Assembly (NCBI GenBank): GCA_902800025.1
Contig: CADCDA010000001.1
Location: forward strand, 88,288 to 152,287
Length of the DNA stretch: 64,000 nt
Reading direction: 5' to 3'
From: an uncultured Erysipelotrichaceae bacterium
GTDB taxonomy: Bacteria > Bacillota_I > Bacilli_A > RFN20 > CAG-826
Part shown: one piece after another, positions 49,393 through 59,262 of the stretch
Position numbering within the stretch: position 1 is the stretch's first letter
Layout: each line of letters begins with the position of its first letter
The notes under the pieces: model-generated
What the model saw: only the letters and a program-made list of their open reading frames with translations
What the model was told of the DNA's origin: nothing
The model's database searches: none
Translations under genes and position numbers: made by a program

Positions 49393-51525
49393 CTAGATAC
49401 GATTTAATCTAATTATCGCTTCTTCATTTTCAATGGATTCGACGTAGAATTCCCATCCTAATTCAAGTCCACTATTAAGGAGATAATCTGAAGATTTATA
49501 TAACTCTTTATACGCAAATTGTTTGCCATATTTTTCCATTGAGAAGGAATCACCTTCTTTAAATAAAGAACTTCCATTAAATAGGTTTGATTCAGATCTT
49601 TCATAAATATGTGTAGCGTCTTCATCATTTCTAATTAATGATAAGAGATTGAAATAGGAATATTTCCTATCAATTCTTGCTAAAGGTGTGACATGTGATT
49701 CCATAACGCTTTCATCGATATAGGTGTTTGAGAAAGCGTTTTGTAAACTTCTTTGTCCGCCAGAGGCATCACTAATTAAATCTTCCGTATAAGTGTAATA
49801 TCGATCCACTGTATATGTTAATCTTGCGTCAACATGCCATAAACGGATGCCAATATCTTTCGTTCCTTTTGGATAAACAGAACCAGAAGCAACATATTGG
49901 TGATTACAATCAAAACTATTAAGTCCAGTTGGAGTAAATAACTCCAAAACGAGATATTCATCAAATGGTGAATTATATTCATTCCACGATGGAGTTAAAA
50001 CAATTAGATCACCGGTGTCTTGAAAAGACCCTAATTTGATTCTACAACTTTCAGTTGGAATATATGGACTAGTCCATCCTAAAGACATAACTGAATATGG
50101 ATCATGACCGCCGACATTATAGTCCTGCATTGAAAAACCACCAGACGCTAAATAAGCGTGCGAGCTATAATCGTAATAATCAACAAGTCCTAAAACATGG
50201 CCCATTTCATGAATATATGTATGGGAGTCAAGCAAACAATATGTTGTGCTGCCTTTACTATAAGGTGAACCAGTACGGTCATATGCAGTTGTTTGCCCGT
50301 ACATAAAATCATAACTGGCCCATAAGAACGTTTTAGCATTTGGATTTTCCGGATTTTGTCCATTTGATTCAATCCAATAGCAATACGCCCAGAGATTATT
50401 ATAATCAGAATATTCTTCGCTAACTCCATAGGAGTTACAATCAGGTGCGGCATAAATGACGATAACTCCATCTAAATAGCCATCACCATCACTATCGTAA
50501 TCAGTTCTTTTTTCATCATTGTGATTAGTGAAATACCAATTAACCGCATCATTAACAACTTTTTGTGTTTTAGTGGCCTTTTCAGAACTGTCTTGTCCAA
50601 TATCATCAACGCTGATTTCTGGTTCATACCATTCGCTAACTTTTCCACTTAAAACTAATTCGTCTCTACTTTCAGTTTTATAGAATGAAGAAACGCTATG
50701 CCATCCAGTGTCACTAGTCTCACCAAAGAAAGACTTTTCAATATCATTTCTAATATTCGTTTTGCTACCAGAAAGCTTAAAGAAGTCGCCTGAATCAGTA
50801 AACCAGAGAGGAATGACTAAGATATTAATTTCTCCGCTTGTTGGGCAATTTCTAGGAGACATTGTTTTATAAGTTTGCCCAATCACCACTCTTTCGCTTG
50901 CAGGTAAAACTGAAAATGACAAAGATGTGGAAATATATTCAGATGTACTTGATTTTACTTTGATAGTTAACGTCGTTGTTCCAGTTTCTTCTTCGTAGAA
51001 ATAATACGATGACTTATCGATCTTTTTGATAACGCTGGTTTCTTTATCAGATTCAACAATAATCTCTTCAGTAAAGTTAGAAGGGTTAACTGTAACATTA
51101 AAGAATGTTTCTTCCATAGTCTTTAGACTAGTTGTTTCACATTCCACATTTATATCGGTAGCATAGACATGACTTGAATAAACATTAATCGTAATGGTGT
51201 TTGACTTAATCGCTCCAACATAAGCTGTAACTTCATATTCTCCTGCCTTAGCAAAAGCCTGAGCAGGTGAATAAGAAACACCATTTGAATATAAAGTGAC
51301 GTTGACATTGTTATATGTTAATTTTTCAACGCTCTCATCAGTGTATAATGCATAAATTTCTAATTCGTTCTTTTCTCTAAAAACATCACCGACAACATAA
51401 GCATTATGAATATCATTAATCTCCACTTGCTCGACTTTATTAAACATACGATTAAAAGGAGTTTCGCAGCTTCCGAGTGCAAACAAAATCGTTATTAGTG
51501 GCAAAATATATAATTCCTTTTTCAT
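49393..51525 (-). CDS. M6-family (immune inhibitor A-like) zinc metalloprotease lipoprotein
   Basis: Lipobox FALGSC, then the zinc site HEMGHVLGLVDYYD (HExxHxxGxxD(E)Y, cf. InhA HEYGHNLGLPDEYD). Start placed at the ATG MKKELY at 51525, downstream of the track's TTG start. Confidence 0.7.
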   Translation of the reverse strand: MKKELYILPLITILFALGSCETPFNRMFNKVEQVEINDIHNAYVVGDVFREKNELEIYALYTDESVEKLTYNNVNVTLYSNGVSYSPAQAFAKAGEYEVTAYVGAIKSNTITINVYSSHVYATDINVECETTSLKTMEETFFNVTVNPSNFTEEIIVESDKETSVIKKIDKSSYYFYEEETGTTTLTIKVKSSTSEYISTSLSFSVLPASERVVIGQTYKTMSPRNCPTSGEINILVIPLWFTDSGDFFKLSGSKTNIRNDIEKSFFGETSDTGWHSVSSFYKTESRDELVLSGKVSEWYEPEISVDDIGQDSSEKATKTQKVVNDAVNWYFTNHNDEKRTDYDSDGDGYLDGVIVIYAAPDCNSYGVSEEYSDYNNLWAYCYWIESNGQNPENPNAKTFLWASYDFMYGQTTAYDRTGSPYSKGSTTYCLLDSHTYIHEMGHVLGLVDYYDYSSHAYLASGGFSMQDYNVGGHDPYSVMSLGWTSPYIPTESCRIKLGSFQDTGDLIVLTPSWNEYNSPFDEYLVLELFTPTGLNSFDCNHQYVASGSVYPKGTKDIGIRLWHVDARLTYTVDRYYTYTEDLISDASGGQRSLQNAFSNTYIDESVMESHVTPLARIDRKYSYFNLLSLIRNDEDATHIYERSESNLFNGSSLFKEGDSFSMEKYGKQFAYKELYKSSDYLLNSGLELGWEFYVESIENEEAIIRLNRI

Positions 51526-51551
51526 TTCTTTATCTATTATTATCACAAGAA

Positions 51552-51571
51552 AAGACCTTTGCAAAGGTCTT
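51552..51571 (-). terminator. Terminator hairpin of the small C11 peptidase gene
   Basis: Perfect 20-nt palindrome AAGACCTTTGCAAAGGTCTT followed by a U-run on the minus strand. Confidence 0.6.
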
Positions 51572-51583
51572 TTTCATAGAAAC

Positions 51584-52933
51584 TTATCTAAACAATGCTC
51601 TCCAATTGCTGAAGTTTGTGAAGTTAGCGCTGTAATTCACTTGGTTGTAATAATCTTCCATTGGAACCACAACACATAGTCCATTAGATTCGCCTGCCGC
51701 ATTGCCTCTTTTGTTATAAAGAATAACATCATCAAGAGCATCTTTTGCAGCTTGGATTTGTTCCGAATAACCCGCAAGAAGTGCGCTATTTTCCATTTTT
51801 ACGAGGGCATCATAAGCATCAAATGTACCATAGAAATAATAGCCATGAAGCGTATATGTTCCATCATTATTATTAGAGAACCAAGATGTTGGATAACCAT
51901 AATAATGCGTATATGTGTAGTAGTCATTAGATTCAAACACTTGGTTAGCGTAGCTCTTAACTCTTTTCATTATTGTTCTAAATGAGGTCTTGTTAGTGCT
52001 AACAGTGGTTTTGATATCTTCCGCCAATGTTTCAATCGCATTTTTATATGCACCGATATTATCAAGATTGATAACTGATAAGTTTTGATCGTTGCTTATG
52101 TCATAACCATATCGTCTATAATAGTCAACCATATCATCAACTGATTTGATAAATCCATCACAGACTGCGGTAAGGACTTCTTCAACTGGTTTATGTTCAT
52201 ATAAGTCATCAACCCAGGCATCATATGCCCATCCTTCTCCGACTTCAGCTTCTTCAGAAGCAACCATATATTTGAAATAATTACTGTTGATTTCAGCGAT
52301 ATCTTGAACAGACATCAAACAAGCATCATAACCAATCCAATCTAGCTTTTCAGTTCTGCCAACTGTTTTGAACGCTCCTTTAATGGCTTCAGCGACTTCA
52401 TTATCTGTTAATGAGTCATTGCGGAATGATTCATCAAAGCATACACCATCAAGGGCGCCACCATGATTCCACAATATTACACCAGTCTTTTCAGCAGGAT
52501 ATTCAGTTAAACCCCATTCGAGGAAGCTTTGAAATGTCTTTTTACTTCCCATGCTTGCTTTTAAGAGGTGGTCATCTTTGACAAGATTATTATTTTCAAC
52601 GTGATATCTACCAAGTTCTTTAGAACTAATTCCTAATTCTTTTGACCATTCTTTTGCACCACCAGTTTGAACGATGATGTTAACATCATCAGGTTGACCT
52701 TTAACAGATAAAATCTCTTTTAAGTCAGCAGTAGCAAGTCCAATAGGTCCTTTATCAATTAAGATTCCTTGAGAATTGTAATCACTATAATGTTCACTCT
52801 CTAAGTCTGCACCACACATATAAATCATGATTGTAGTGTCAGCAACGCGAGGACCATTAGCGTTAAGATTATATGAGCAACCAGCCATTGTTAAAAAACT
52901 AACAGCGGTTAAAAGCATTAGTCTTTTTTTCAT
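51584..52933 (-). CDS. Clostripain-like (peptidase C11) cysteine protease lipoprotein
   Basis: Lipobox LTMAGC. C11 catalytic dyad context WNHGGALDG (His) and IGYDACLMS (Cys). MCGADLESE block. Confidence 0.7.
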   Translation of the reverse strand: MKKRLMLLTAVSFLTMAGCSYNLNANGPRVADTTIMIYMCGADLESEHYSDYNSQGILIDKGPIGLATADLKEILSVKGQPDDVNIIVQTGGAKEWSKELGISSKELGRYHVENNNLVKDDHLLKASMGSKKTFQSFLEWGLTEYPAEKTGVILWNHGGALDGVCFDESFRNDSLTDNEVAEAIKGAFKTVGRTEKLDWIGYDACLMSVQDIAEINSNYFKYMVASEEAEVGEGWAYDAWVDDLYEHKPVEEVLTAVCDGFIKSVDDMVDYYRRYGYDISNDQNLSVINLDNIGAYKNAIETLAEDIKTTVSTNKTSFRTIMKRVKSYANQVFESNDYYTYTHYYGYPTSWFSNNNDGTYTLHGYYFYGTFDAYDALVKMENSALLAGYSEQIQAAKDALDDVILYNKRGNAAGESNGLCVVVPMEDYYNQVNYSANFTNFSNWRALFR

Positions 52934-53007
52934 GTCTAGTCCTCCTTAACCCTCATTTAGGGTTATCTTATTATCCAACTTTTATATGATAAATTCCACT
53001 ATTTTCT

Positions 53008-53037
53008 TGTAAAAAAGAAAAGGCTGCACCGCAACCT
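53008..53037 (-). terminator. Terminator of the large C11 peptidase gene
   Basis: Minus-strand RNA hairpin GGUUGC-GGU-GCAGCC followed by UUUUCUUUUUU. Confidence 0.55.
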
Positions 53038-53058
53038 TCTCTATATTTTATATAGTTT

Positions 53059-55812
53059 TTATGCCCACCATTCACCATATTGAGCACATAAAGCTTGCCA
53101 CTTTTTAAAGTTTGTTCTTTCTGCACTATAACATGGTGTATAGGTATTTCCTTGATATACAACAACAGTTGTTTGATTATATCCGCTAATTGGGCAGAAC
53201 ATACAAAGTCCATTACTTCCATTCATTTGTGATCCATGTCTTTCATAGACAACCATCTCGGATAAAATGCTAAGAATTGTGTCAATTTGATTAGATAATG
53301 ATGAGAAAGTGCTATTGCCTTTAACATTAGTTAAAGCGCCCTTGGCATCGAATATATCATATACATAGCCGTTGTTATAATCATTCGTGTCGGCTTGACC
53401 AAATTTCTTTGCTTTATTGACTAATGAAGTAAATGTATTCCATTTGCTTTCAGTCATCATTGAAGTCAATGATTCCGCCATATCTTCCCAAGCTTCTTTA
53501 TAAGCCGCCATTTTTGATAAATCAAGAACGGATTGGGTTTGATCATATAGATGTTGAGCTTCATAGTAATCCATGAATGTATCACCAATCTTGGATAATA
53601 AGGTTACTGTATTAACACCTGATGGATTGCTATATAAAGTTGGTAACCAAGCATCATAATCATAGCCACCGCCATATTCGGATTCTTGTGAACAAATCAT
53701 GTAATTGAAGTTACGACTATTCCACTCAGCAACATCTTGAACCGCCATTAAGCAAGCGTCATATGCGATGAATTCTAAATTCTCAGTAATACCTGCTGTC
53801 GTTTTAGCAGCGGTAACTGCTTGATCGACTTCGTCAGCGTATAAACTGTCGTTGCCGAAATTTTCATCGAAACAGCATCCATCCATTGCGCCACCATGGT
53901 TCCACATAAATAAACCATATCTCTCAGCAGGATAGTTTTCAAAACCCCACTCCAAGAAACTTTGTAAAGTTTCTGGTTTGCCCATACTAGCTTTGGCTAA
54001 TGATTGCTTTTTGATCATTTCTTTACTAGAACTATTGATTTCAAATCTCTCTAATTTACTAGCATCGACATAACTTGTATCCCAGCTACTTGCACCACCA
54101 GTTTCGACAACGATTTTAACACTATCTGGTTGGCTAGTGCGCTTTGAAAGAATTTCATTGATATCGCTTGTCGCATATCCACCACCTTGAGAATCACTTT
54201 CAAGGTCCGCGCCACAAATATAGAAGAGTAAAGTCCAATCATCTAAAACTTGTTCACTAACTGTAACAGCACATGTTGCGGTCTTATTTCCATCCTCAGT
54301 AGTAACAGTAATGGTTGTACTACCAATAGAGACACCTTTAACCACACCATTTGTAACAGTTGCGATAGATGTATTATTAGATTTCCAAGTAACATTTTTA
54401 TTTGTTGCATTAGATGGAGAAATTGTAGGTTCTAAGGTCTTTTCCTTTCCAACACCAATATTTAAGGTTGTTTGAGAAAGGCTAACACCGCTAACAGAAA
54501 CGTTCTTAACTGTAACTGTACAAGAGCCAACTACATCGCTACCATCCTCAGCTTTTCCAGTTGCGGTGATTGTCGTTGTGCCAGCTTTAAGTCCAGTAAC
54601 TAAACCCGTTGAACTAACAGTAGCGACACTCTTATCTGATGAATCCCAAGTAACACTCTTTTGATTAGTGTCAGAAGGAGTAAATTTAGGAGTTAATTGA
54701 ACAGCTGATCCAACATTAACGTCAGTATTTTCCAAACTAATTGAACTTGGATAAATCTTTACAAGAGGTTCAGCCTCAATTTTAATTAAAGAAACAATTA
54801 CTCTTTTTCTTGAACCACTATTTTCAAGTTGAAGCCAAGTAGATTCGTTTTGGCTTGTAAAAGAATATTCATAATCAGCGTAAGATGAGTTAGAAATTGA
54901 TTTAGTTTTAGCGGTTGTTTCTGCGCTTGTAGAAACTTTTAATTGGCAGCCACTATCGCTTCCGTATTCTTTTGCAGTAACCGTTATTTTATTAATAATT
55001 AAAGCATCGGCAAATGTGAATTTGACGCTACCATTTCTACTACTAGAGCCGAGTCTCATTGATTCTTCGCCTGTTCCATAGACATTGTTGACAGAAGCAG
55101 AAGATACTTCAATATCGTGATAAGTAAATGAGGATGATGTAATAGATGTACCACTAGTAACTACTGATGGAATAATAACCATTCCATCCACTGAAGGTGG
55201 AACTTGTTTAGCGTTAACAGTAACAGTACAAGTTGCTTTAACTGTAGATTTACTATTACTAGTTGCAGTTATAACTGCACTACCTTCTTTTAATGTTGTA
55301 ACAGCGCCATTATTTACAGTAGCAACATCAGTGTTAGAACTAGTCCATTTAACAGTTCTATCACTTGCGTTACTTGGTAAAACAGTGGCAACTAAAGTAA
55401 ATGAATCACCTTCTGTCACTTCTTTACTAGTTTCGTTTAATGTAATAGAAGACACTTCAACATTTTTATCAGAAACAGTGATGCTACATGTAGCCTTCAC
55501 TGTATTTTTACTATTGCTTGTAACGGTAACAGTGGTATTACCAGCCTTAAGAGCAGTTACCATTCCTGCTCTGTCAATAGAGGCAACATCAGAGTTTGAA
55601 CTATTCCATGTAACGTCTTTATTTGTCGCATCACTTGGTAAAACAGTCGCGATTAATTGAAAAGTATCATCAACAACTAAATTCTTAGAAGTTTCATTTA
55701 AAGTTATGGAAGTAACCTCTTTAACGTTAACGACTTCTCCTGGATTAATTGATGCACATCCAGCAAGAGACATTACCGCTATAACAGTGAATAAAAACAT
55801 TTTACTTTTCAT
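53059..55812 (-). CDS. Surface lipoprotein with multiple Big_2 Ig-like repeats fused to a C-terminal clostripain-like (C11) peptidase domain
   Basis: Lipobox MSLAGC. Repeated Big_2-type units (VTWxSSNxxVATV...G.TT.TAT). C-terminal C11 motifs YICGADLESD, MWNHGGAMDG and IAYDACLMA. Start placed at MKSKMF (55812). Confidence 0.7.
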   Translation of the reverse strand: MKSKMFLFTVIAVMSLAGCASINPGEVVNVKEVTSITLNETSKNLVVDDTFQLIATVLPSDATNKDVTWNSSNSDVASIDRAGMVTALKAGNTTVTVTSNSKNTVKATCSITVSDKNVEVSSITLNETSKEVTEGDSFTLVATVLPSNASDRTVKWTSSNTDVATVNNGAVTTLKEGSAVITATSNSKSTVKATCTVTVNAKQVPPSVDGMVIIPSVVTSGTSITSSSFTYHDIEVSSASVNNVYGTGEESMRLGSSSRNGSVKFTFADALIINKITVTAKEYGSDSGCQLKVSTSAETTAKTKSISNSSYADYEYSFTSQNESTWLQLENSGSRKRVIVSLIKIEAEPLVKIYPSSISLENTDVNVGSAVQLTPKFTPSDTNQKSVTWDSSDKSVATVSSTGLVTGLKAGTTTITATGKAEDGSDVVGSCTVTVKNVSVSGVSLSQTTLNIGVGKEKTLEPTISPSNATNKNVTWKSNNTSIATVTNGVVKGVSIGSTTITVTTEDGNKTATCAVTVSEQVLDDWTLLFYICGADLESDSQGGGYATSDINEILSKRTSQPDSVKIVVETGGASSWDTSYVDASKLERFEINSSSKEMIKKQSLAKASMGKPETLQSFLEWGFENYPAERYGLFMWNHGGAMDGCCFDENFGNDSLYADEVDQAVTAAKTTAGITENLEFIAYDACLMAVQDVAEWNSRNFNYMICSQESEYGGGYDYDAWLPTLYSNPSGVNTVTLLSKIGDTFMDYYEAQHLYDQTQSVLDLSKMAAYKEAWEDMAESLTSMMTESKWNTFTSLVNKAKKFGQADTNDYNNGYVYDIFDAKGALTNVKGNSTFSSLSNQIDTILSILSEMVVYERHGSQMNGSNGLCMFCPISGYNQTTVVVYQGNTYTPCYSAERTNFKKWQALCAQYGEWWA

Positions 55813-55927
55813 CTTATTTGCCTTCTTCACTCTCTTTAGAGAGATAGTATATAATAGACCATCAAAAAGCATATGTCTATTATTATTTTCAAATAATAAA
55901 TGATAAAAAATTAAAAAATAAGATCCA

Positions 55928-55966
55928 ATCAAATATAAAAAATCACACCCATGTGCAGGTGTGATT
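55928..55966 (-). terminator. Rho-independent terminator of the opp operon
   Basis: Hairpin AATCACACC-TGCACATG-GGTGTGATT followed by UUUUUUAUAUUU on the minus strand. Confidence 0.7.
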
Positions 55967-55973
55967 CTTATAG

Positions 55974-57488
55974 TTATTTGAGTTTTTCTTTATATTTTTC
56001 TAACTCAACAGAGTTCGCTAAGACCCAGTGGCCAGGAACGATTTCTGTAAGTTTTGGTGCTTCTTTAGAATAATCGTGTTCCTTAGAAGGAATATAAAGA
56101 TATCTAGTTCTCTTTTTCTCACTAAGTGGATCTGGTTTTGGAATCGCAGATAATAATGCGTGAGTGTATGGGTGAAGTGGATGTGCAAATAATTCATCAC
56201 TAGTTGCTAATTCAACAATTTCACCATAATACATAACAGCGATTCTGTCACAGAAATACTTAACGACTGATAAGTCGTGAGCAATAAAGAGAATCGTTAA
56301 GCCCATCTCTTCTTTAAGATCATTAAGTAGATTAATGATTTGCGCTCTAATGGAGACGTCTAGCGCAGAGATAGGTTCGTCACAAATCAAGAATTGTGGA
56401 TTCATAATTAAGGCTCTAGCGATACCGATACGTTGACGTTGACCACCAGAGAATTCGTGTGGATAACGCGAAGCGTATTCTGGAAGTAAGCCAACCTTAA
56501 CAAGAACTTCCTTCACTCTTTGTGAATTCTTATAACGATTGTATTGACCTTGAATATGAAGACCTTCTTGAATGATATCTTCAACTGTCATACGAGGATC
56601 AAGAGAATCGACAGGATCTTGGAAAATCATTTGCATTTTGCTCATGAGTTTCTTATCAACATGCTTGTTATCATATTTGATTTGAGCAATAGCTTCGATT
56701 TGTTCTTTTTCAACTTCATCGATGTGCTTTCTAATCGCATCTCTTTCCTTAGAATATCTCTCTCTAATCGCTTCAATTTGTTTAGCGGTTTCTTCATTTG
56801 GAGCGACTTTCTTCGATTCTTTGTATTCTTTAGTCAATTGTTTGAGTTCTTCATTTAACTTCTCAAGTTTGACTTTTCTGACTTCGGCTTCGGAAGAATA
56901 CTCACGATTGATTTCTTCAATCTTATTTGCTCTAGCGACTTCATCATCGATATTTGTATTGTATTGAGTAATACGATCCTTATGTTCGACTTTGAGGTCT
57001 TGGAGTTCTTGTTCAATCTTACTGACTTCAAGATTGATTTGTTCAATCTTTTCCACTAAGCCAGTTGAATCTCTAAGCTTATTGATTTCATCATCTTCAA
57101 GTTTATGAAGTTCTTTGATCTTTTTACGACCGCGAATCTTTGTCCATTTGATTTCTTTTTCGTTCCATCTACTACCGGCAGAAACACGTCTTCCTTCAAA
57201 ATAAACAGAACCAGAAGTGATGTTATAAAGTCTAATCAAACTTCTACCTGTTGTGGTTTTACCACAACCAGATTCACCGACTAAGCCAAAACATTCACCT
57301 TTTTTAATATCAAATGAAACGTCATGAACAGCCTTAGTTTTAAACGCACTACGACCATGACCAAATTTGAAGAATTGTTTTAAGTGTCTAACAGATAATT
57401 CAACACCGTTATCCACTAATTCTTGACGGAAGGAAGGAGTTCTTTTCTTAAATCTCGCTTCAACGCGATAAACTAAACCTTTAAGCAT
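55974..57488 (-). CDS. oppF: Oligopeptide ABC transporter ATP-binding protein OppF with a coiled-coil insertion
   Basis: Walker A GESGCGKTT, signature FSGGQRQRIGIARA, Walker B ICDEPIS and an Opp C-terminal extension. An approximately 170-aa K/E-rich heptad insertion lies between the Walker A/Q-loop half and the signature motif. Confidence 0.85.
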   Translation of the reverse strand: MLKGLVYRVEARFKKRTPSFRQELVDNGVELSVRHLKQFFKFGHGRSAFKTKAVHDVSFDIKKGECFGLVGESGCGKTTTGRSLIRLYNITSGSVYFEGRRVSAGSRWNEKEIKWTKIRGRKKIKELHKLEDDEINKLRDSTGLVEKIEQINLEVSKIEQELQDLKVEHKDRITQYNTNIDDEVARANKIEEINREYSSEAEVRKVKLEKLNEELKQLTKEYKESKKVAPNEETAKQIEAIRERYSKERDAIRKHIDEVEKEQIEAIAQIKYDNKHVDKKLMSKMQMIFQDPVDSLDPRMTVEDIIQEGLHIQGQYNRYKNSQRVKEVLVKVGLLPEYASRYPHEFSGGQRQRIGIARALIMNPQFLICDEPISALDVSIRAQIINLLNDLKEEMGLTILFIAHDLSVVKYFCDRIAVMYYGEIVELATSDELFAHPLHPYTHALLSAIPKPDPLSEKKRTRYLYIPSKEHDYSKEAPKLTEIVPGHWVLANSVELEKYKEKLK

Positions 57489-59262
57489 TGGTCTTTCCTC
57501 CTTTCGCCGCTTTTAAAGAATTCTCGATACGAGTCTTAACAATCTTTGGCATTTCCACTTTTGGCGCTCTTGGATCAAGTAACCAAGTTGCAGCGTAGTG
57601 GGTATCGCTAATCTTAAATAGAGGTGGCTCTTTCTTAAAGTCGATAGCCATCGCATATTTACTACGTAAAGCAAATGCATCACCCTTAGGTGGGTAAATC
57701 ATGTTAGGAGGTGTACCTGGAATTGCTTCAAGTTTTTCTTTACTGTTGATATCTGGGATAGAAGATAGAAGTGCCCAAGTATATGGATGTCTTGGGTCAT
57801 AGAAAATATCATCTTCAGTACCATATTCAACAATCTTACCTGCATACATAACGGCGACTCTATCCGCCATATTAGCAACGACACCTAAGTCGTGAGTAAT
57901 AAAGATACAGGAAATATTTCTTTCTCTTTTTAATCTATTGATTAATTCGAGAATTTGAGCTTGGATTGTCACGTCTAACGCAGTGGTTGGTTCGTCACAA
58001 ATAAGAATATCTGGGTCAGCAGTTAAAGCGATTGCAATAACGATACGTTGACGCATACCACCAGAGAATTCAAATGGATATTGTTTAAATCTCTTTTCTG
58101 GGAATGGGATACCAACTTCTTCCATAATTTTAAGAGCGCGAGCTTTAGCTTCAGCCTTAGTGATTTTGGTTTCAGAAACATATCTACTCTTTTCAGCGGC
58201 AAGCAAACGCTTCATTTCTTCAGGATTATTCGCGTGTTCGCTCTTAATCTTTTCAACATTCGCGTTATATTGAGCCTTTAATTCTTTCGCGTATTGTTTG
58301 ACTTCTTTCTTGGCTTCTTTGCTCTTAGCCTTGAAAGCAATCTTAGTTTCTTTAATGACAGGACTATATTTTTCTTTTAATGCCTTTTTAGAATCTGTAT
58401 TGCTATTATTTACATCTTCAATTTCTGCATCATATTTCGCCCTAACTTCACTCACTTTTTCATTAACGTGAGATTTGATTTCAGCGATTTCTTGATTGAT
58501 TAAGGCCTTTTCTTGCGCGTTTTCTTCTTTTAATGCAAGTAAATCGGCGTCTAACTTTTCTTTGAGAGCCGCCTTCTTTTCATTAGCGATTGTTAAAGCT
58601 GCTTCATCAGCGTTTTGAGTTTGTGCGTCAATTGCTTTAACTTCGTCTTTATACTTTTCTTTAACTTCTAAAACTTTACCGTTATATTCCAAAGATAAAG
58701 TATAGAGTCGACCGCTTCTAGTCATTGATGGTTCGTTCTTAATAGATTCGATTTCTTTCTTGCGTTCACTCTTAAGGAACTTAATCTTTTCATTACGAGC
58801 GTTGACCGCCATTTTGTATTCAGTTTGAGCGTTCTTATAAGCGACGAGTTCAGTGGCCACTAAGTCACTATATTTCTTCTTTAAACGAGAAGAGTTAATG
58901 AGCATCGCTTCTGTAATTTGTTTACCAATTCTAACAATTGGGTTTAATGATGAAAGTGGGTCTTGGAAAATCATTCCAATCTTATGACCTCTAATACGAT
59001 GGAATTCATCCTCACTAACTTTAGTGAGGTCTTCACCTTCGTACATGATAGATCCGCCCATAATACGACCATTCGCGGCTAAAATACCCATGATGGTCTT
59101 ACTAGTAACAGACTTACCACTACCAGATTCTCCAACAATACATAAAGTTTCACCTTTATATAAGTCGAAGGAAACTCCTCTAACAGCTTGAACATAACCA
59201 TGGTCTGTGGAGAAGTTCACTTTTAAGTCTTTAACAGACAAAACAATTTCTTTGTTTTCCAT
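57481..59262 (-). CDS. oppD: Oligopeptide ABC transporter ATP-binding protein OppD with a coiled-coil insertion
   Basis: Walker A GESGSGKSV, signature FSGGMRQRIVIAIA, Walker B ICDEPTT. An approximately 260-aa K/E/A-rich coiled-coil insertion at the same topological position as in OppF. Confidence 0.85.
   Translation of the reverse strand: MENKEIVLSVKDLKVNFSTDHGYVQAVRGVSFDLYKGETLCIVGESGSGKSVTSKTIMGILAANGRIMGGSIMYEGEDLTKVSEDEFHRIRGHKIGMIFQDPLSSLNPIVRIGKQITEAMLINSSRLKKKYSDLVATELVAYKNAQTEYKMAVNARNEKIKFLKSERKKEIESIKNEPSMTRSGRLYTLSLEYNGKVLEVKEKYKDEVKAIDAQTQNADEAALTIANEKKAALKEKLDADLLALKEENAQEKALINQEIAEIKSHVNEKVSEVRAKYDAEIEDVNNSNTDSKKALKEKYSPVIKETKIAFKAKSKEAKKEVKQYAKELKAQYNANVEKIKSEHANNPEEMKRLLAAEKSRYVSETKITKAEAKARALKIMEEVGIPFPEKRFKQYPFEFSGGMRQRIVIAIALTADPDILICDEPTTALDVTIQAQILELINRLKRERNISCIFITHDLGVVANMADRVAVMYAGKIVEYGTEDDIFYDPRHPYTWALLSSIPDINSKEKLEAIPGTPPNMIYPPKGDAFALRSKYAMAIDFKKEPPLFKISDTHYAATWLLDPRAPKVEMPKIVKTRIENSLKAAKGGKTNA

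Noticed and set aside
52971-53222. 83-aa minus-strand ORF between the two C11 peptidase genes
   Set aside because: It overlaps the 3' end of the large C11 gene in another frame and spans its terminator hairpin. It has no Shine-Dalgarno sequence and is likely spurious.
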